64,000 bases of DNA from Octopus sinensis (Eukaryota): assembly GCF_006345805.1 (NCBI RefSeq), contig NC_042998.1:47864001-47928000 (forward strand), given 5' to 3'. The notes beneath the pieces were generated by a model. The model saw only the letters and a program-made list of their open reading frames with translations. It was not told the DNA's origin and did not search any database. Positions within the stretch are counted from its first letter, which is position 1; each line of letters starts with the position of its first letter. The position numbers and the translations under genes are program-made. Shown piece by piece: positions 24,347 through 38,216 of the stretch.

Positions 24347-25011
24347 ACTCTCTTTACTCTCTTTTACTTGTTTCAGTCATTTGACTGCGGCCATGCTGGA
24401 GCACCGCCTTTAGTCGAGAAAATCGACCCCGGGACTTATTCTTTTGTAAGCCCAGTACTTATTCTATCGGTCTCTTTTGCCAACCGCTAGTAACGGGGAC
24501 GTAAACACCAGCAATCGGTTGTCAAGCAATGCTAGGGGGACAAACACAGACACACAAACATATACACAAATACATATATATATATACATATATACGACAG
24601 GCTTCTTTCAGTTTCCGTCTACCAAATCCACTCACAAGGCATTGGTCGGCCCGAGGCTATAGCAGAAGACACTTGCCCCAGGTGCCACGCAGTGGGACTG
24701 AACCTGGAACCATGTGGTTGGTAAGCAAGCTACTTACCACACAGCCACTCCTGCGCCTATATACATTTCTACTCTACTTCAGCTATACTCTTTTTACTCT
24801 TTAACTTGTTTCAGTCATTTTGACTGTGGCCATGCTGGAGCACCGCCTTTAGTCGAGCAAATCGACCCCGGGACTTATTCTTTGTAAGCCTAGTACTTAT
24901 TTTATCGGCATCTTTTGCCGAACCGCTAAGTCAAGCGTTGTTGGGGAGACAAAAACAGACACACAAACGTATACACACACTCTCCCAAACGTACGTACAC
25001 ACACACACACA

Positions 25012-25048
<37 letters not shown>

Positions 25049-25212
25049 GACGGGCTTCTTTCCGTTTCCGTCTACCAAATCCACTCACGAGGCTTTGGTG
25101 GGCCCAAGGCTATAGTAGAAGACACTTGCCCAAGGTGCCACGCAGTGAGACTGAACACTGAACTATGTGGTTCGTAAGCTAGCTACTTACCACACGACCA
25201 CTCCCACGCCTA
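24347..25212 (-). mobile_element. Two tandem SINE family B copies
   Basis: About 24347-24762 and 24788-25212, each with an (AGTAAAAG)n tail. Confidence 0.85.
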
Positions 25213-25619
25213 CAAATAATATAATATAATACAACAAACTAAAAGTAATATGAATAGAAAGTAGAGTGAAGAGCAAATAAATAGTGCGTGTGTTTAATTG
25301 GCAAAAAAAAAATTAATATAATAAAAAGACCATCCCTAAGTATAACGATATCTGCTTTTCAATACGCGTTTTCACATCAAGAATCTAGCAAAACAAATAC
25401 ATAAACGTATGTTTGTGTTTGTGTGTGTGTGTGTGTGTATGTAAGCGTCCATGCATATATGCTTGTATGTATACATGTATGCATGAGTATATGTATGTAT
25501 GCATACATGTATATAGATAGATAGATAGATAGATGATAGATAGACAGAAAGAAATACCTTATAGTTTTAAAATGGCATGCCCTGGCTAAAATATAAGTGA
25601 CTTCTGGTGCTGCAGAAGT

Positions 25620-25659
<40 letters not shown>

Positions 25660-25830
25660 GGAGGGAGGGAGAGAGGGAGAGAGGGAGGGAGGGATAGATG
25701 AGGGAGGGAGGGAGGGAGGGGAGAGAGAGTGAGGGAGGGAGATACTGAGACGATCAGATAACATACAACAAAAATTCTTGAATTATTAAAATTATATCCG
25801 CCTTTAGAGGTTGTGTTATTTTGTATGCTA

Positions 25831-25875
25831 TTTGATATACCTGTATTTGATATACCTGTATTTGATATACCTGTA
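25831..25875. repeat. 3 x 15-bp tandem TTTGATATACCTGTA
   Basis: Exact copies. Confidence 0.9.
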
Positions 25876-26288
25876 TTTGTGCTATTCAAATACAGGCCAC
25901 AGGCCACTTCGAGTTATTTCTCTTTGCTCGTTTTCGTTATATGCATATCTTAATCGTCTCTTGGGATAAGGTATGATCTGGTTAAATGTACCATGCTTAC
26001 GCTAATTGTTTTAGGTGACTATGCAGTTGCAAGCAGGCATAGATGCACACTTGGTCTTCCCACCCTTAGGTCAGCAAAACATCGAGAATGTGACCGTTAC
26101 ACCTGGAATTGTGTCGATACTTATTTACAGCTGAGTAGACTGGGCCAACCAGAAATGAAGCAGTGAGTAAGGTCTTGCTCAAAGGTCATCCAGTTTAGGA
26201 ACTGAAGCCATGAACTTGCGATCGAGAACCCAGCTCCCTTAAGCCTTTCAAGTGATATTCAGAGCTACAACATGTCCTTTATTGAGAC

Positions 26289-26330
<42 letters not shown>

Positions 26331-26453
26331 TGTGTGGGGGGGGGGGGGGGGGTATGAGTGATTCTTACTGTTGTTTCTTGAAGCCGAGCGACCAAGTACA
26401 GACTCCATCGTTGACAGAATAAATACAATGTATTAATAACATCTTGTAAGTGC

Positions 26454-26683
26454 GAGGCGAGCTGGCAGAAACGTTAGCACGCCGGGCGAAATGCTTAGCC
26501 GTATTTCGTCTGCCGTTACGTTCTGAGTTCAAATTCTGCCGAGGTCGACTTTGCCTTTCATCCTTTCGGGGTCGATAAATTAAGTACCAGTTACGCACTG
26601 GGGTCGATGTAATCGACTTAATACCTATGTCTGTCCTTGTTTGTCCCCTTTGTGTTTAGCCCCTTGTGGATAATAAAGAAATA
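26454..26683 (+). mobile_element. SINE family A
   Basis: Consensus match. Confidence 0.88.
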
Positions 26684-27320
26684 GTCTTTAGGATGTCTGA
26701 CTCCTGATCATAAGGTCACGGGTTCTTTCCCAAGACCAGGCAGCGCATTCTGCTGTTGATCAAGTACTCCATTTCACGTTGTCACCTCCTAGTCAGTTGT
26801 AAACGAATGCTTGCCCTTTGTTGATACAGCTTTCCTTCTATCCAGCTGCCATTATCATATGCCATTTAGTCAAACCGTGAAGGGTTTGAGACGGTGCCTG
26901 CCGTTGTCTACATAGGTACTCAAAACAAGCGTGGCACATGCTACCAAGCTATGGTCGCTAGCGAGTGACGTCTAGCCATGCTATCATCAGCAACATCGTA
27001 AAGAAGGGGAATGCAATATAAATAGACTTTGCGTGCGAGTTTATAATAGCTTCCGAACGTGGTTAGCCGTGTTGGAGTGCAAGTGAGTGAGTGAGTGAGT
27101 GAGTGAGTGAGTGAAAGAATGAGTGAATATTAATGTGCTGATTGCGTGATAGGGTGGAGAAAGCTGGCTTACTGCAATGTCATTTATGTTTGGGGAAATT
27201 TAGGCGTGTCATGTATACATACATGCATACCGTATCTACTGATCTTTTAAGCCCTCTCATCGTGACGCATTTCTGTTATTCTATTATTGCAAGTGTGTGT
27301 GTGTGAGTGAGAGAGAGAGA

Positions 27321-27366
<46 letters not shown>

Positions 27367-27487
27367 GTATGTATCGTAAAATATTTGCTAACTAAATGTG
27401 GCGGTCCCTTAGAGGACGATGTTACTGTTGTTCTTAACCTCAGGAAGACACCTCCTCCAACTGGCAAACGACACACTATGTGTGTGA

Positions 27488-27549
<62 letters not shown>

Positions 27550-27564
27550 GTGTGTGTGTGTGAG

Positions 27565-27624
<60 letters not shown>

Positions 27625-27824
27625 CGTTCATTTGGTCTTTATTTGTTGTACAATAATAGTTCAGCGTCAAACAAATCGGTTACAAAAGACGTTTCCAGTC
27701 GTGACGAGTGCGACTGAGTGGACAAACGAAAGAAAGTGGTACTCAACACATTTGATGGGAGCCATACACACACGCACGCAATAATAATAATAATAATAAT
27801 AATAATGATAACAGTTTGACTAAG

Positions 27825-27880
27825 CTCCATATGACAAAGTTTCGTTTATGCGTAGGTTGCGCCTATCATCAGATATCAAG
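27825..27880 (-). ncRNA. Hammerhead-like motif with a 9-nt insertion before GAAA
   Basis: Stem I CUUGAUAU/AUAUGGAG (7 of 8 pairs), CUGAUGA (27872-27866), UAGG-cgcaa-CCUA, extra CGCAUAAAC, GAAA, C-UUU-G, GUC. Confidence 0.4.
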
Positions 27881-28167
27881 ACATCATCGTCTACGTTGTA
27901 TGTGCTGTTCTCCTGAGGACTAAGAATCACGGTTTCTGGTATGTTCGGCAATCGGAGGATTCGATTGGTTACAATTACATGATTTTAAATACTTGTTGCT
28001 GTTTTGCTATTGATTTCAAGACGAAAAAAAAAACGTTGATGCGATTTTCGTCGTCAGCACACAAAACTACTCCGAAACTACCTGTTGAAATTCTTCGAGT
28101 CTTTGGAACAAATTTAACAAGATCCATCCATCCTTTCTTTTTTTAAGAGTGTAAAATGCGATTTATC

Positions 28168-28568
28168 TTATCTTTTATTTGTTTCAGACTTTGGTCATGC
28201 TGGGGCACCGCCTTGAAGAATTTTGGTCGAACGAATCGACCACATGACTTACGCATTTTAAAGCCTGAAACTTATTCTATCGATCTAATTTGCCGAACCG
28301 ATAAGTTACGGGGACATAAACACACCAGCATCGGTTGTCGAGCGGTCGTGTTGTTGTTGTTGTGGTGGTGGAGACAGACACAAAGGCATATCCACATAGA
28401 TATATACATATATACGACGGGCTTCTTTCAATTTCCGTTTACTAAATCCACTCATAAGGCTTTGGTCGCTAGTGGCTACTACAGAAGACACATACCCAAG
28501 GTCTCGCGCAGTGGGACTGAACCCGGAACCATGTATTTGGGAAGCTAGCTTCTTACCATACAGCCACG
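28168..28568 (-). mobile_element. SINE family B
   Basis: Consensus match, moderately diverged. Confidence 0.8.
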
Positions 28569-29675
28569 ATGCCTGGTGAAGATTTGGCTGTTATTTCTAA
28601 CAGACTCTATGGTTAAAATAGTCGATCAGATAGTATCATTGTAAGTACCTCTAATTTTAGAAATAGACAAAGACTTAAGTTGGCACTTAAATGATTAGCT
28701 GATAGACTCTTCACTTGTCAACTGTAGAAGGTAAAAAGAAGAACGAGAGGGGAGAGCTTACGGAAGAAAAACCAACCGAGAGATCGGCGACTCGTGTCTC
28801 CTAGGCAAGATACTTAAAAGTGTTTGAGAATATTGCAATACGTAAAGCCGGTACCGCAGGGGAATCGCTGCAGGTAGCTGAAATGAATGTTCCATTAAGT
28901 GGCAAAATACCAGATTAACTGACTGTGTGGGTGAAAAAATGCCTTTCTGCAGGTAATGGGTCTGCAGTTCGCCCTTACTCTTTATTCCTTAACTGGCTAA
29001 AATAAATAAATAAATAAATAAATAAAAAACCGCAAAAAAAGGGGGGAAAGTGAAAAAAGGATCCCAGTGGTATAAGAAATAATGTGTGTTAAGTCTGCGC
29101 TGCGGGGTGTTTAGAAGAGAAGGGCGGGAAAAAACCCTACTCACATTGTAGAGGAATTAGACTATAATATGGACATGCAGACAGACACTCACACACACAC
29201 ACACATACATACATACACAGAGAGAAAGCGAAAGAGAGAGAGGGAGAGAGAGATAGAGAAGGAGGGAGGGAGAGTATCAGAATGTGAAGTAACGTTACGT
29301 AACGGATAGACAGAAGCCTAAGACAAGCAGAAGACCTATTGACCCACAATTGAACTCGACAAACGAAATACCAGGTATACATTAAACTATGGAAGCACAT
29401 AGAGGCAAACTATCTGTACTTCTTTTTTTCCCCCCATGACACACTGCCGTATAAAATATCACTCGTCGTTAAATACGCTAATTTAGTCTATGCTCTTCTC
29501 ATTAATATCTCCTCTCTTGACTTTTCTACTTTTATCCTCAAATCTTATCCTTGTTGTTTGACCCCAAGTAAGTAACACTGATCAAATCAGACTTATGATC
29601 TAAGATGCTCCCAGTCGTGGTTATCCTGTCTTTTTTAGGAGAATCTGGGACAACATTAATTCTAATCTTTCGTCT

Positions 29676-30082
29676 TTGATTTGTTTCAGCATTGAACTGC
29701 GACCATACTGGGGGCACTGCCTTGAAGGTTTAGTCGAACGAATCGACCCCAGTACTAATTTTTCAAGTCTGGTACTTATTCTATCGGTCTCTTTTGCGAA
29801 CTGCTAAGTCACAGAACGTAAAAGAAACCATCACCGGTTATCAACGATGGTGGGAGACAAACACAAACACACACAGACACATACATGCACATACACACAC
29901 ACATACATACACACACACACACATATATATGACAGGCTTCTTTAAGGTTCTGTCTACCAAAAATTTATTCACAAGTGATTAGTCAGAGCTATGCAAGACA
30001 CTTGCTCAAGGTGCCATGCAGTGGGATTGAACCAGAAACCATGTGGTTTCAAAACGAGCTCCTTAACCACACAACCATGCTT
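29676..30082 (-). mobile_element. SINE family B, diverged
   Basis: Consensus match. Confidence 0.75.
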
Positions 30083-30228
30083 TCGCATGTACGTGTCATT
30101 ATCTTTTATTACAGGATGGTAGAGTGTGATTGAAGGCAAATTTACTGCTAGCTCTAGCGATTGCATATAGGCTCCCTTGTGAGAGAGAGTATGTGTGTGT
30201 GCATGACTATGTGAATACTTATTTAATA

Positions 30229-30459
30229 TATTTCTTTACTGCCCACAAGAGGCTACACACAGAGGGGACAAACAAGGACAGACAAAGGGATTAAGTCGAT
30301 TACATCAACCACAGTGCGTAACTGGTACTTTATTTATCGATCCCGAAAGGATGAAAGGCAAAGTTGAACTCGGCGGAATTTGAACTCAGAACGTAACGAC
30401 AGACGAAATACCGCTAAGCATTTCGCCCGGCGCGCTAACGTGTCTGCCAGCTCGCCGCT
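30229..30459 (-). mobile_element. SINE family A
   Basis: Consensus match. Confidence 0.85.
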
Positions 30460-33135
30460 TTGTCTGCCGCGGCCACACTGACTGCATCTGTCCATTAATT
30501 ATTTTTGTGGAAGCTGGCAGAATCATTGGCACATCAGACAAAGTGCTTTGCGGCATTTTCTTGCGCCCCTTTACGTTCTCAGTTCAAATCCCGCCGTTCT
30601 CAATTCAAATTTGTGGAGATTCGTAGATCAAACCCAGAGGTAAGGGCAGAGCAGTAGTTCTCAAATCTTTTAATTATTATTTTTTTTTACGTAGTAGCAA
30701 ATTAGAGATCAAATCAAAAAAAAAAATTAAAGCGTACTTCATATCAAAAAATACAAAAAGTGAAATTAATTGGTAAGGAAATTATAATTAATTGGCGTAC
30801 TACGAAGTGGGAAGCTTTTAAAATTGCTTTAATGTCAGCTAGTGCTTCTCACGTATTACTAATAATACTTAGTCTACTTGTGTTTGACAAAATCATGAAA
30901 TAATACGTTTGTCGAGACGCTTAAGGATTAATATGGATTTTCCAAAGCCTTAAATTATATATTAAAAAATAACAGCAGTGCACCGTTTAAGAGTCATTTA
31001 GAATAGGATAATCGAATTTACACGTTTCACTTTGCTTTTTACTCGTTTCATTCATCACCTTGAATGAAGGCTTTTAGTTGAACAAATCGATCCCAATGCA
31101 GTAATCCCTCGCCATATCGCGATTCACTTATCGCGGTTTATTATTTAAGCTTACGTCTCGATTCCTCCGTAGTGTTGTTTTGCGTTTATAATAAAATAAA
31201 TATGTACAAATTATAAAAAATAACAAAAAAAAACATACAGGACAGTGCTGTTGCTACTTCGCGGATTTTTAGCTATCACGTGGGTTGGGGATTGGAACGT
31301 AACACCCGCGATAGTCGAGGGAATACTACGTTTTTTTTTTTTTCGTTTTTTTTTTCTTCTTGTAAGACCGGTGCTTATTCCATCGATATCTTTTGCCGAA
31401 CCACTAATTTACAGGGACGTAAACAAACCAACACCGGTTGTCAACAGAGTGCAAACACAGTTACACACACACACACACAGGTGATGGGCTTCCACGCAGT
31501 TTCTGTCAACCAAATTCACTCACAAGGCATTGGTCAGCCCGCGTCTATAACAAAGGACACCTGCCCAGTGTTGCGACCACGTGATGCAGAGCGTCTATAA
31601 AAATATTGGTTTCAAATTTTGGCACAAGACCAACAACTTCGAGGGAGGGGCTAAGTCGATTACATTGACCCCAGTGTACAACTGGTATTTGTTTTATCGA
31701 CCGCGAAAGAATGAAATGTAAAGTCGACCTTGGCGTCATTTGAACTCGGAACGTAAAGTCGGCCGAAATGCTAAGCATTTTGCCCAGCGTGCTAACGATT
31801 CTGAAGGGCATTAACTGAATTTATTCAGATTATAGAAGGAAAATTGGTGTTAGAACACCATATGTATGTGGACAAATACTTGTGTGCATGTGCGTGTAGG
31901 TGTGTAATGCACTCAGTATGTTTGTATGTATTACTAGCGTTATACGTCTTAAACCTTTGATTGTATAATCAAATTCCATGAGCATCCCCATAACGATGTC
32001 GATTAGCCACCATCAAATGAAATTGATATATTTTCTGTTTTTGCAGAACATTCTAGATACGGTTTTCATATACAACACTATAAGTATTTGAATTTTGCTT
32101 TGTAAGAGATGATATATGATGAAATATGGAGGAAAAAGAAAAAAAATCTGAATTTTTTTTTTTTTTTGTAAGAAGTTTCCCGAGTGTCTCCACTTCTTGC
32201 AGCATAAGGAGAGCTTTCTTTTCAGTGTTCTTTCTTTTTTTTTTATTCTCCAGAGCCCTTAGGTAAAAACCACTTTCTGCAGTTGAGGGTAATAAAATTT
32301 TGAGCGGATATATCTGCTTTCTTCTTTCAAAAGGTTAATAATACACCATTAAGAAAATACATATAATCTCACCTGGAAGAATTTAGATGTCAAATTCCGA
32401 GATACTGTGCGCGTGCACACACACACACTATGTTTTGTAGACGTATATATTGCTTAGAAAGGTTTTAATCACGAAACGTTGATCACAGATCACCGTTAAA
32501 ACGCGATATGACAGGAAATGTGAACTTGAGGTTGATTATTTTTTTTATTTTCTAAAAAAGGGAAACAAAATAACGGTCAGATAATTGTTCCGTGCCGTGC
32601 AAGCATTGTCAAATATTTGCTTAGTAATCATTAGAATTCGAAGCGTCACCTTGGTTAAGTGTCTTTTCCACAACCGTATAAGCCTCAAGTTGATCCAGAC
32701 GTTGCGATGGGGATTGCACGGAAACCCATCAGATAGATTGTATCTAATTCACAGGGACAAGTCTTGACACAAGCAGTTACGCTCAGCCTGCATGACGATC
32801 GCAGTAAGGCAAACGATTGTCAGTGAAACACTCAGCTACATACTATGTGACACACTAAGTAGGGGAGTTTCCGTCAATTGAACAACTGGAGTACTCGCCG
32901 GGAAAAACCGACTCGGGGTCCACTTAAAATTGTGTAATGGGTAATTTCCTCTCACCAAACGAAAAAAAACAAAACAGACTACTTGTCTGTTTAAATAACA
33001 CTCGCTTTGGTCGCTAGTCTACCTATATACCACTCACTGTGACCTCTAGTCTATCTCTATGCCTCTATGCTACACGATCTGAACGCTACTTTGTCTATAT
33101 GCCACCCGCTTTGACTATGTATATATATATATATA

Positions 33136-33483
33136 CGAGCAAAACGGCCCCCGTCCAATGGACGGTGCTGAGTTGTCAAACATTTAAACCAAATATTCTC
33201 AAAACAACTTGTCCGACCGTTCCATTGGCCTCCCCTTTGAGAAACACTGATTTAACCTAAATTCGAGAAACCAGCAAAAGAACAAATAAAGATAGCCTTT
33301 CTTTCGATTCCAAAGATAAACGATTTCCCACGGCTTTATCGATCGCATTCTCACCTGGAATCGATTTTGGTAATTTTTTTCAAGACTTATACATAACGTC
33401 GGTATCAACATATCAAATTTGAGCGCAATCGGATGGAGGATGCCCGAGATCCTGGAAGACACCGACAGACTGACAGAACGGAT

Positions 33484-33500
<17 letters not shown>
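33136..33500 (-). mobile_element. Non-autonomous Helitron-like element, family 2, copy 1
   Basis: Minus 3' end has hairpin CCGTCC-ATT-GGACGG and then TTTTGCTCG|T. The 5' region carries TCTGTCAGTCTGTC and AAATTTG motifs. It is homologous to 39540-39983. Confidence 0.6.
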
Positions 33501-33553
<53 letters not shown>

Positions 33554-34418
33554 GAAATATAGAAAATAGTAAAAAGTGAAAAAACTACAGAAGGCTTAAA
33601 GGTTAAAAAATATATATATTTGCGTCAATATGCCTGAAGAATATTAAAAATTTTTTTCTTACAATGACATAATTTAGAAGAAAGACCGGTTTCGCGTTTA
33701 GCTTTTCAAATTTCTTACGATTTCTTCAAATTTATATATATATAAAGTACGTAATCTTCGGTAAATAGAACGAGCATAAATATGTCGAGATAAAAACTGC
33801 AACGAACGCAAAAAAATAGTACTCACATTACGTGTACATTTATACTGCGGTGGTATGTATACGATTCCAACAAGGAAAAGCTAGCCCTTCGCAGCCGTTC
33901 AACCTCTTAGAAAATGCATAAATACACACACACGCGTCTCTCTCTATGTGTGTGTGTGTGTGTGTGTGCGTGTATATTAAAATGCGATAGTCAAGGCAGG
34001 GGCAGGAATGTTGCCTTTGATCATAAGGTCTGGTTGAAGAGAGATAGCTTAGCACGGTGCTAAAGAACAACAAACAATAAAAGCAACAAACCAACAGTAG
34101 TTATTTTGTAGAGTGATAAGAAAACGATTGAGCTGTATGGTAAGTGCAAGCGCAGGACTCGGAAAGATAGAGGGGGAGAAAGGATGGGGCTATGGATGGA
34201 TGAAAGAGGAAGAAAAGAGACGAAGGGAGAAACTACACAGGACAGACTGAAGAGAGAGATGGGGGAGGGCGGGAAGATGGGGGAGAGAGAAGGAAGAATA
34301 AGGTAGTGATGGAATGGAAGTGTGAAATAAATTGTAGTAACTGAAAGGGGTTTCTATGGTCTAGCTATAGTGGGCCACACAAAAATATTCAGGTAAAAAC
34401 ACTTTTATAAGACTACAC

Positions 34419-35181
34419 CAGGGGATTCTCAAGCATTTTTTTTTTTCATCTCCGGACCCCTTTGATTACTATTTTATTCTGGTGCGTGGAGGCGCAATGG
34501 CCCAGTGGTTAGGGCAGCGGACTCGCGGTCATAGGATCGCGGTTTCGATTCCCAGACCGGGCGTTGTGAGTGTTTATTGAGCGAAAACACCTAAAAGCTC
34601 CACGAGGCTCCGGCAGGGGATGGTGGTGATCCCTGCTGTACTCTTTCACCACAACTTTCTCTCACTCTTACTTCCTGTTTCTGTTGTACCTGTATTTCAA
34701 GGGGCCGGCCTTGTCACTCTCTGTGTCACGCTGAATATCCCCGAGAACTACGTTAAGGGTACACGTGTCTGTGGAGTGCTCAGCCACTTACACGTTAATT
34801 TCACGAGCAGGCTGTTCCGTTGATTCAGATCAACCGGAACCCTCATCGTCGTAACCGACGGAGTGCTTCCATATCCATTATTCTGGTGGACCCCCCCCCC
34901 TAACTATTCAATGTTTTAAAACTAGTTTTATAGATATTTCTTCCAAAATTCCTATTTTGTTTTTCACACATTAACTTGTGTAGGTTGAACTATGTAAAAT
35001 GTTTGACAAAGAAACCTAGCTGTTTCTTGCAATACATACCAATACATATATTTAAAGCAAAAATTTTTCAGGGCCCTCAAAAAACTATTGTGGATTCACA
35101 ATTTACTATTTTGTTGCATGGACCCCCAAAAATCTTATTTGGACCATCAGGGGGCATATGGACCCCGGCTGAAAACAACTG
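34419..35181. mobile_element. hAT MITE carrying a nested SINE C
   Basis: Termini CAGGGGATTCTCAA and CTGAAAACAACTG; 8-bp flanks GACTACAC and GTCTATAC match at 6 of 8. Confidence 0.7.
34485..34877 (+). mobile_element. SINE family C, full length
   Basis: 11-bp TSD TTATTCTGGTG at 34474-34484 and 34878-34888. Confidence 0.9.
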
Positions 35182-35446
35182 GTCTATACGCACTTATCTT
35201 TAACTGTTCGATAGTCTGATCCTGCGTATTAAAAGCACTACATATATACTTATTATCGCTGTATAAAATATAAGCGGTGGTCCAGTGAATGCTGAGGGGC
35301 TTGGTGGCGAAATCAGACTAAATAGCTAAAGAGTACAATAATATATGAATCAGAAAACCGTGTGGCGACCACAGTAAGCCCCTTTTTGGAATCGGCTATC
35401 AGTCGTCCACGTAGTAATTAATTACAATGTAAATTAAATGGCCGTA

Positions 35447-35489
<43 letters not shown>

Positions 35490-35496
35490 TACATAT

Positions 35497-35655
35497 GCAG
35501 GCGTGGCTGTGTGGTAAGAAGCTTGCTTCTCAACCACATGGTTCTGAGTTCAATCTCACTGCATGGCATTTTGGGTAAGTGTCTTCCACTAAAGCTTCGA
35601 GCCGGCTAAAACCTTGTGAGTGGATTTCCTAGGCGGAAACTGAAAGAATCCCGTC

Positions 35656-35697
<42 letters not shown>

Positions 35698-35905
35698 TTA
35701 TATATACATGTGTGTGTGTGTGTTTGTCCCCACCACCACCGCTTGACAACCGGTGTTGGTGCGTTTACATCAATGTAACTTAGCGGTTTAGCAAAAGAGA
35801 CTGATCGAATAAGGACTTGGTTAAAAAAAGTGTTGGGGGTCTTAAAACCCTTTAAAGCAGTGCCACAACATGGCCACAGTCAAATGACTGAAACAAGTAA
35901 ACGGT
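35497..35905 (+). mobile_element. SINE family B
   Basis: Consensus match. Confidence 0.82.
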
Positions 35906-36584
35906 AAACGACACACACACACACACACACAAACACACATCTTCCATCACGCGGGAGTATTATGTTGTTCGCTTATAAAAAAAAAAAACCCCAAAAAACT
36001 CCTGAAATAAATAATGATAATAAAAACCCGTCGCTCATCGCGTTGCAGACAACTGATGTTGATTAGAAAAAAAGCGCAATAAATAAATAAAATAAAACAA
36101 AAAAAAAAAGGATTACTGCAGCTGCTGCATAAACTATTAAGAGGGAATCCAGATTTCATTCAGGCAACGTAGTAGAGTATGAGAGGAGAGGGATGAGGGA
36201 AGTATTAAAGGAAGGAGAGAAAGAAGCAAACATGAATGGGACGTGAAACATATTTGTAATATTACCTACCTCTTTCTACAATAAGCACAGGGGGCTAAAA
36301 TTTTGAGGGAAGAGGCTTGTCGATTACACCGACCCTAGTATTTGACTAGAATTTATTTTATCAACCCCGAAAAGAATGAAAGTTGAAGTCGACCAGAGCG
36401 GAATTTGAACTCGAAAGAGCCGGAAGAAATTCCCGCTAAACTTTGTTTTTGTCCCGCTTGTTAACGATACTACAAGCTTGTTGGTAAACGAGGGCGATTT
36501 AGCTGCCGTTTCTAGCTCGCTGAGCGACAATATCTATCTGTCAATCTATCTATAATAAAAATGGTAAATAATAATATCTATCTA

Positions 36585-36659
<75 letters not shown>

Positions 36660-36863
36660 GTATGCATGTTTGTGTGCGCGCTTTCGCGTTGGAGTGAAGC
36701 GGTTTGCATAAAGTGACGGTTGTTAATGAAGATTGAAAGGACAAAATAGTGGTGGAGATCGTAGCTGTGTGACCAAAGCTAGTTATTATTTAACCCCAGG
36801 TCAATCCTGATTGAGCAAACTTATGAAAAAGAAAAGAAAATGATTGGTTATACAACTGTGACT

Positions 36864-37260
36864 GGCGAGCTGGCAGAACCGCTAATACGTCGAGCAAAAA
36901 TGCTTAGCAGTATTTTGCCTGTCGCTACGTTCTGAGTTCAAATTACGCCGAGGTCGACTTTGCCTTTCATCCTTTCGGGGTCGATTAAATAAGTACTAGT
37001 TACGCACTGGGATCGACATAATCGACTTAATCCGTGTGTCTGTCCCTGTTTGTTCCCTCTGTGTTTAGCCCCTTGTGGGTAGTAAAGAAATAGGTATTTC
37101 GTCTGCCGCTACGTTCTGAGTTCAAATATCCGCCAAGGTCGACTTTGCCTTTTATCCTTTCGGGACCGATGAAATAAGTACCAGTGGAGTATTGGGTCGA
37201 TGAAATCAACTAGCCCCCTCCCCAAAATCTCAAGCCTTGTGCCTATAGTAGAAAGTATTA
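36864..37260 (+). mobile_element. SINE family A partial dimer; the second unit has an alternative tail
   Basis: Junction AAAGAAATAGGTATTTCGTCTGCC at about 37084-37107. The second tail ends CCTTGTGCCTATAGTAGAAAG(TAT)n. Confidence 0.82.
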
Positions 37261-38050
37261 TTATTATTATTATTAAGGTCCGGGGTAAAAGAGACAGTCT
37301 GGATTAAAATTAGACTATAGTAGTAGATGTCCAAGAACAAAACTAGGTTATGGGAGGCATTACTTCGAGGACCCGGGGTGGAGTTTTTGAGACATTTGAG
37401 GTGGAAGGGGAATAGCAATCACTTGACAAAGAAAAGAAGAAGAGAAAAATATTTGGAATGCCATTTAGAGAATGTTCCCACGATAAAGAGTGTGTGGTAA
37501 AGGTCACTTGGATAGCATGAAAATATAAACAAACTTTAATATGTTCTACAGAATCTCGAAAAGCAGCAGCTTCGGTTTATGAATTTACTAAACATGAAGC
37601 GCCATTTGAAATAATTCAGTTGCAGTCGAAAAAGTTGCAAAAGATAATTAGAAAAAAAAAAAATGAATGAAATATTGAAGTGCGTTTACTATTATACTGG
37701 GTTGGTTCACATTCCAATAGACGAGCCACAGAAATGTTTAACTCTGTTTACTGTACCTTTGCATAGGAATGTTATCATTTGCATAGCTATAAAAGAAATT
37801 TTTGATGTCTGCTCTAGATAAAACGTGCCTAAACTCAACAACAGGCACCGAACGCTACACAAGAATTCTGAAAATATACTTAAAGAATAAAAGTAAAAAA
37901 AGGCTCACTGCAAACGATTTTATATTCTTTTCCAAAACTTCCTTGGAGACAGTAGCGTAGCTACAAAGCGGCGCAGGGAACGGTCTGTCTTTGACGCTGC
38001 TTTTGATCGGGTGGGTATTTTGCGATCTACTGTATAAATTTGTATAAATT

Positions 38051-38216
38051 GTTTGTCAGGTGAGGGCAGGGGAAGAGAAAACTCGAGGGCTACTCAGGCG
38101 GCACACTCTAGCTATGACACAGTCTAGAAATAAGTTTGTCAGGTAAGGGCAGGGGAAGAGAAGACTTGAGGGCTACTCTGGTGGCACACTCTAGCTACGG
38201 CACAGTTTAGAAATAA
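38051..38216. repeat. 2 x 83-bp tandem duplication
   Basis: Units 38051-38133 and 38134-38216, about 90% identical. Confidence 0.85.

Noticed and set aside
25660-25740. (GGGA)n G-quadruplex potential, also near 50420-50520, and Z-DNA-prone GC/GT runs near 46570 and 46930-47005
   Set aside because: These are expected by-products of simple repeats, with no independent sign of function.
26930-26995. Minus-strand CUGAUGA followed by a long hairpin
   Set aside because: No GAAA follows the stem, so the hammerhead core is incomplete.
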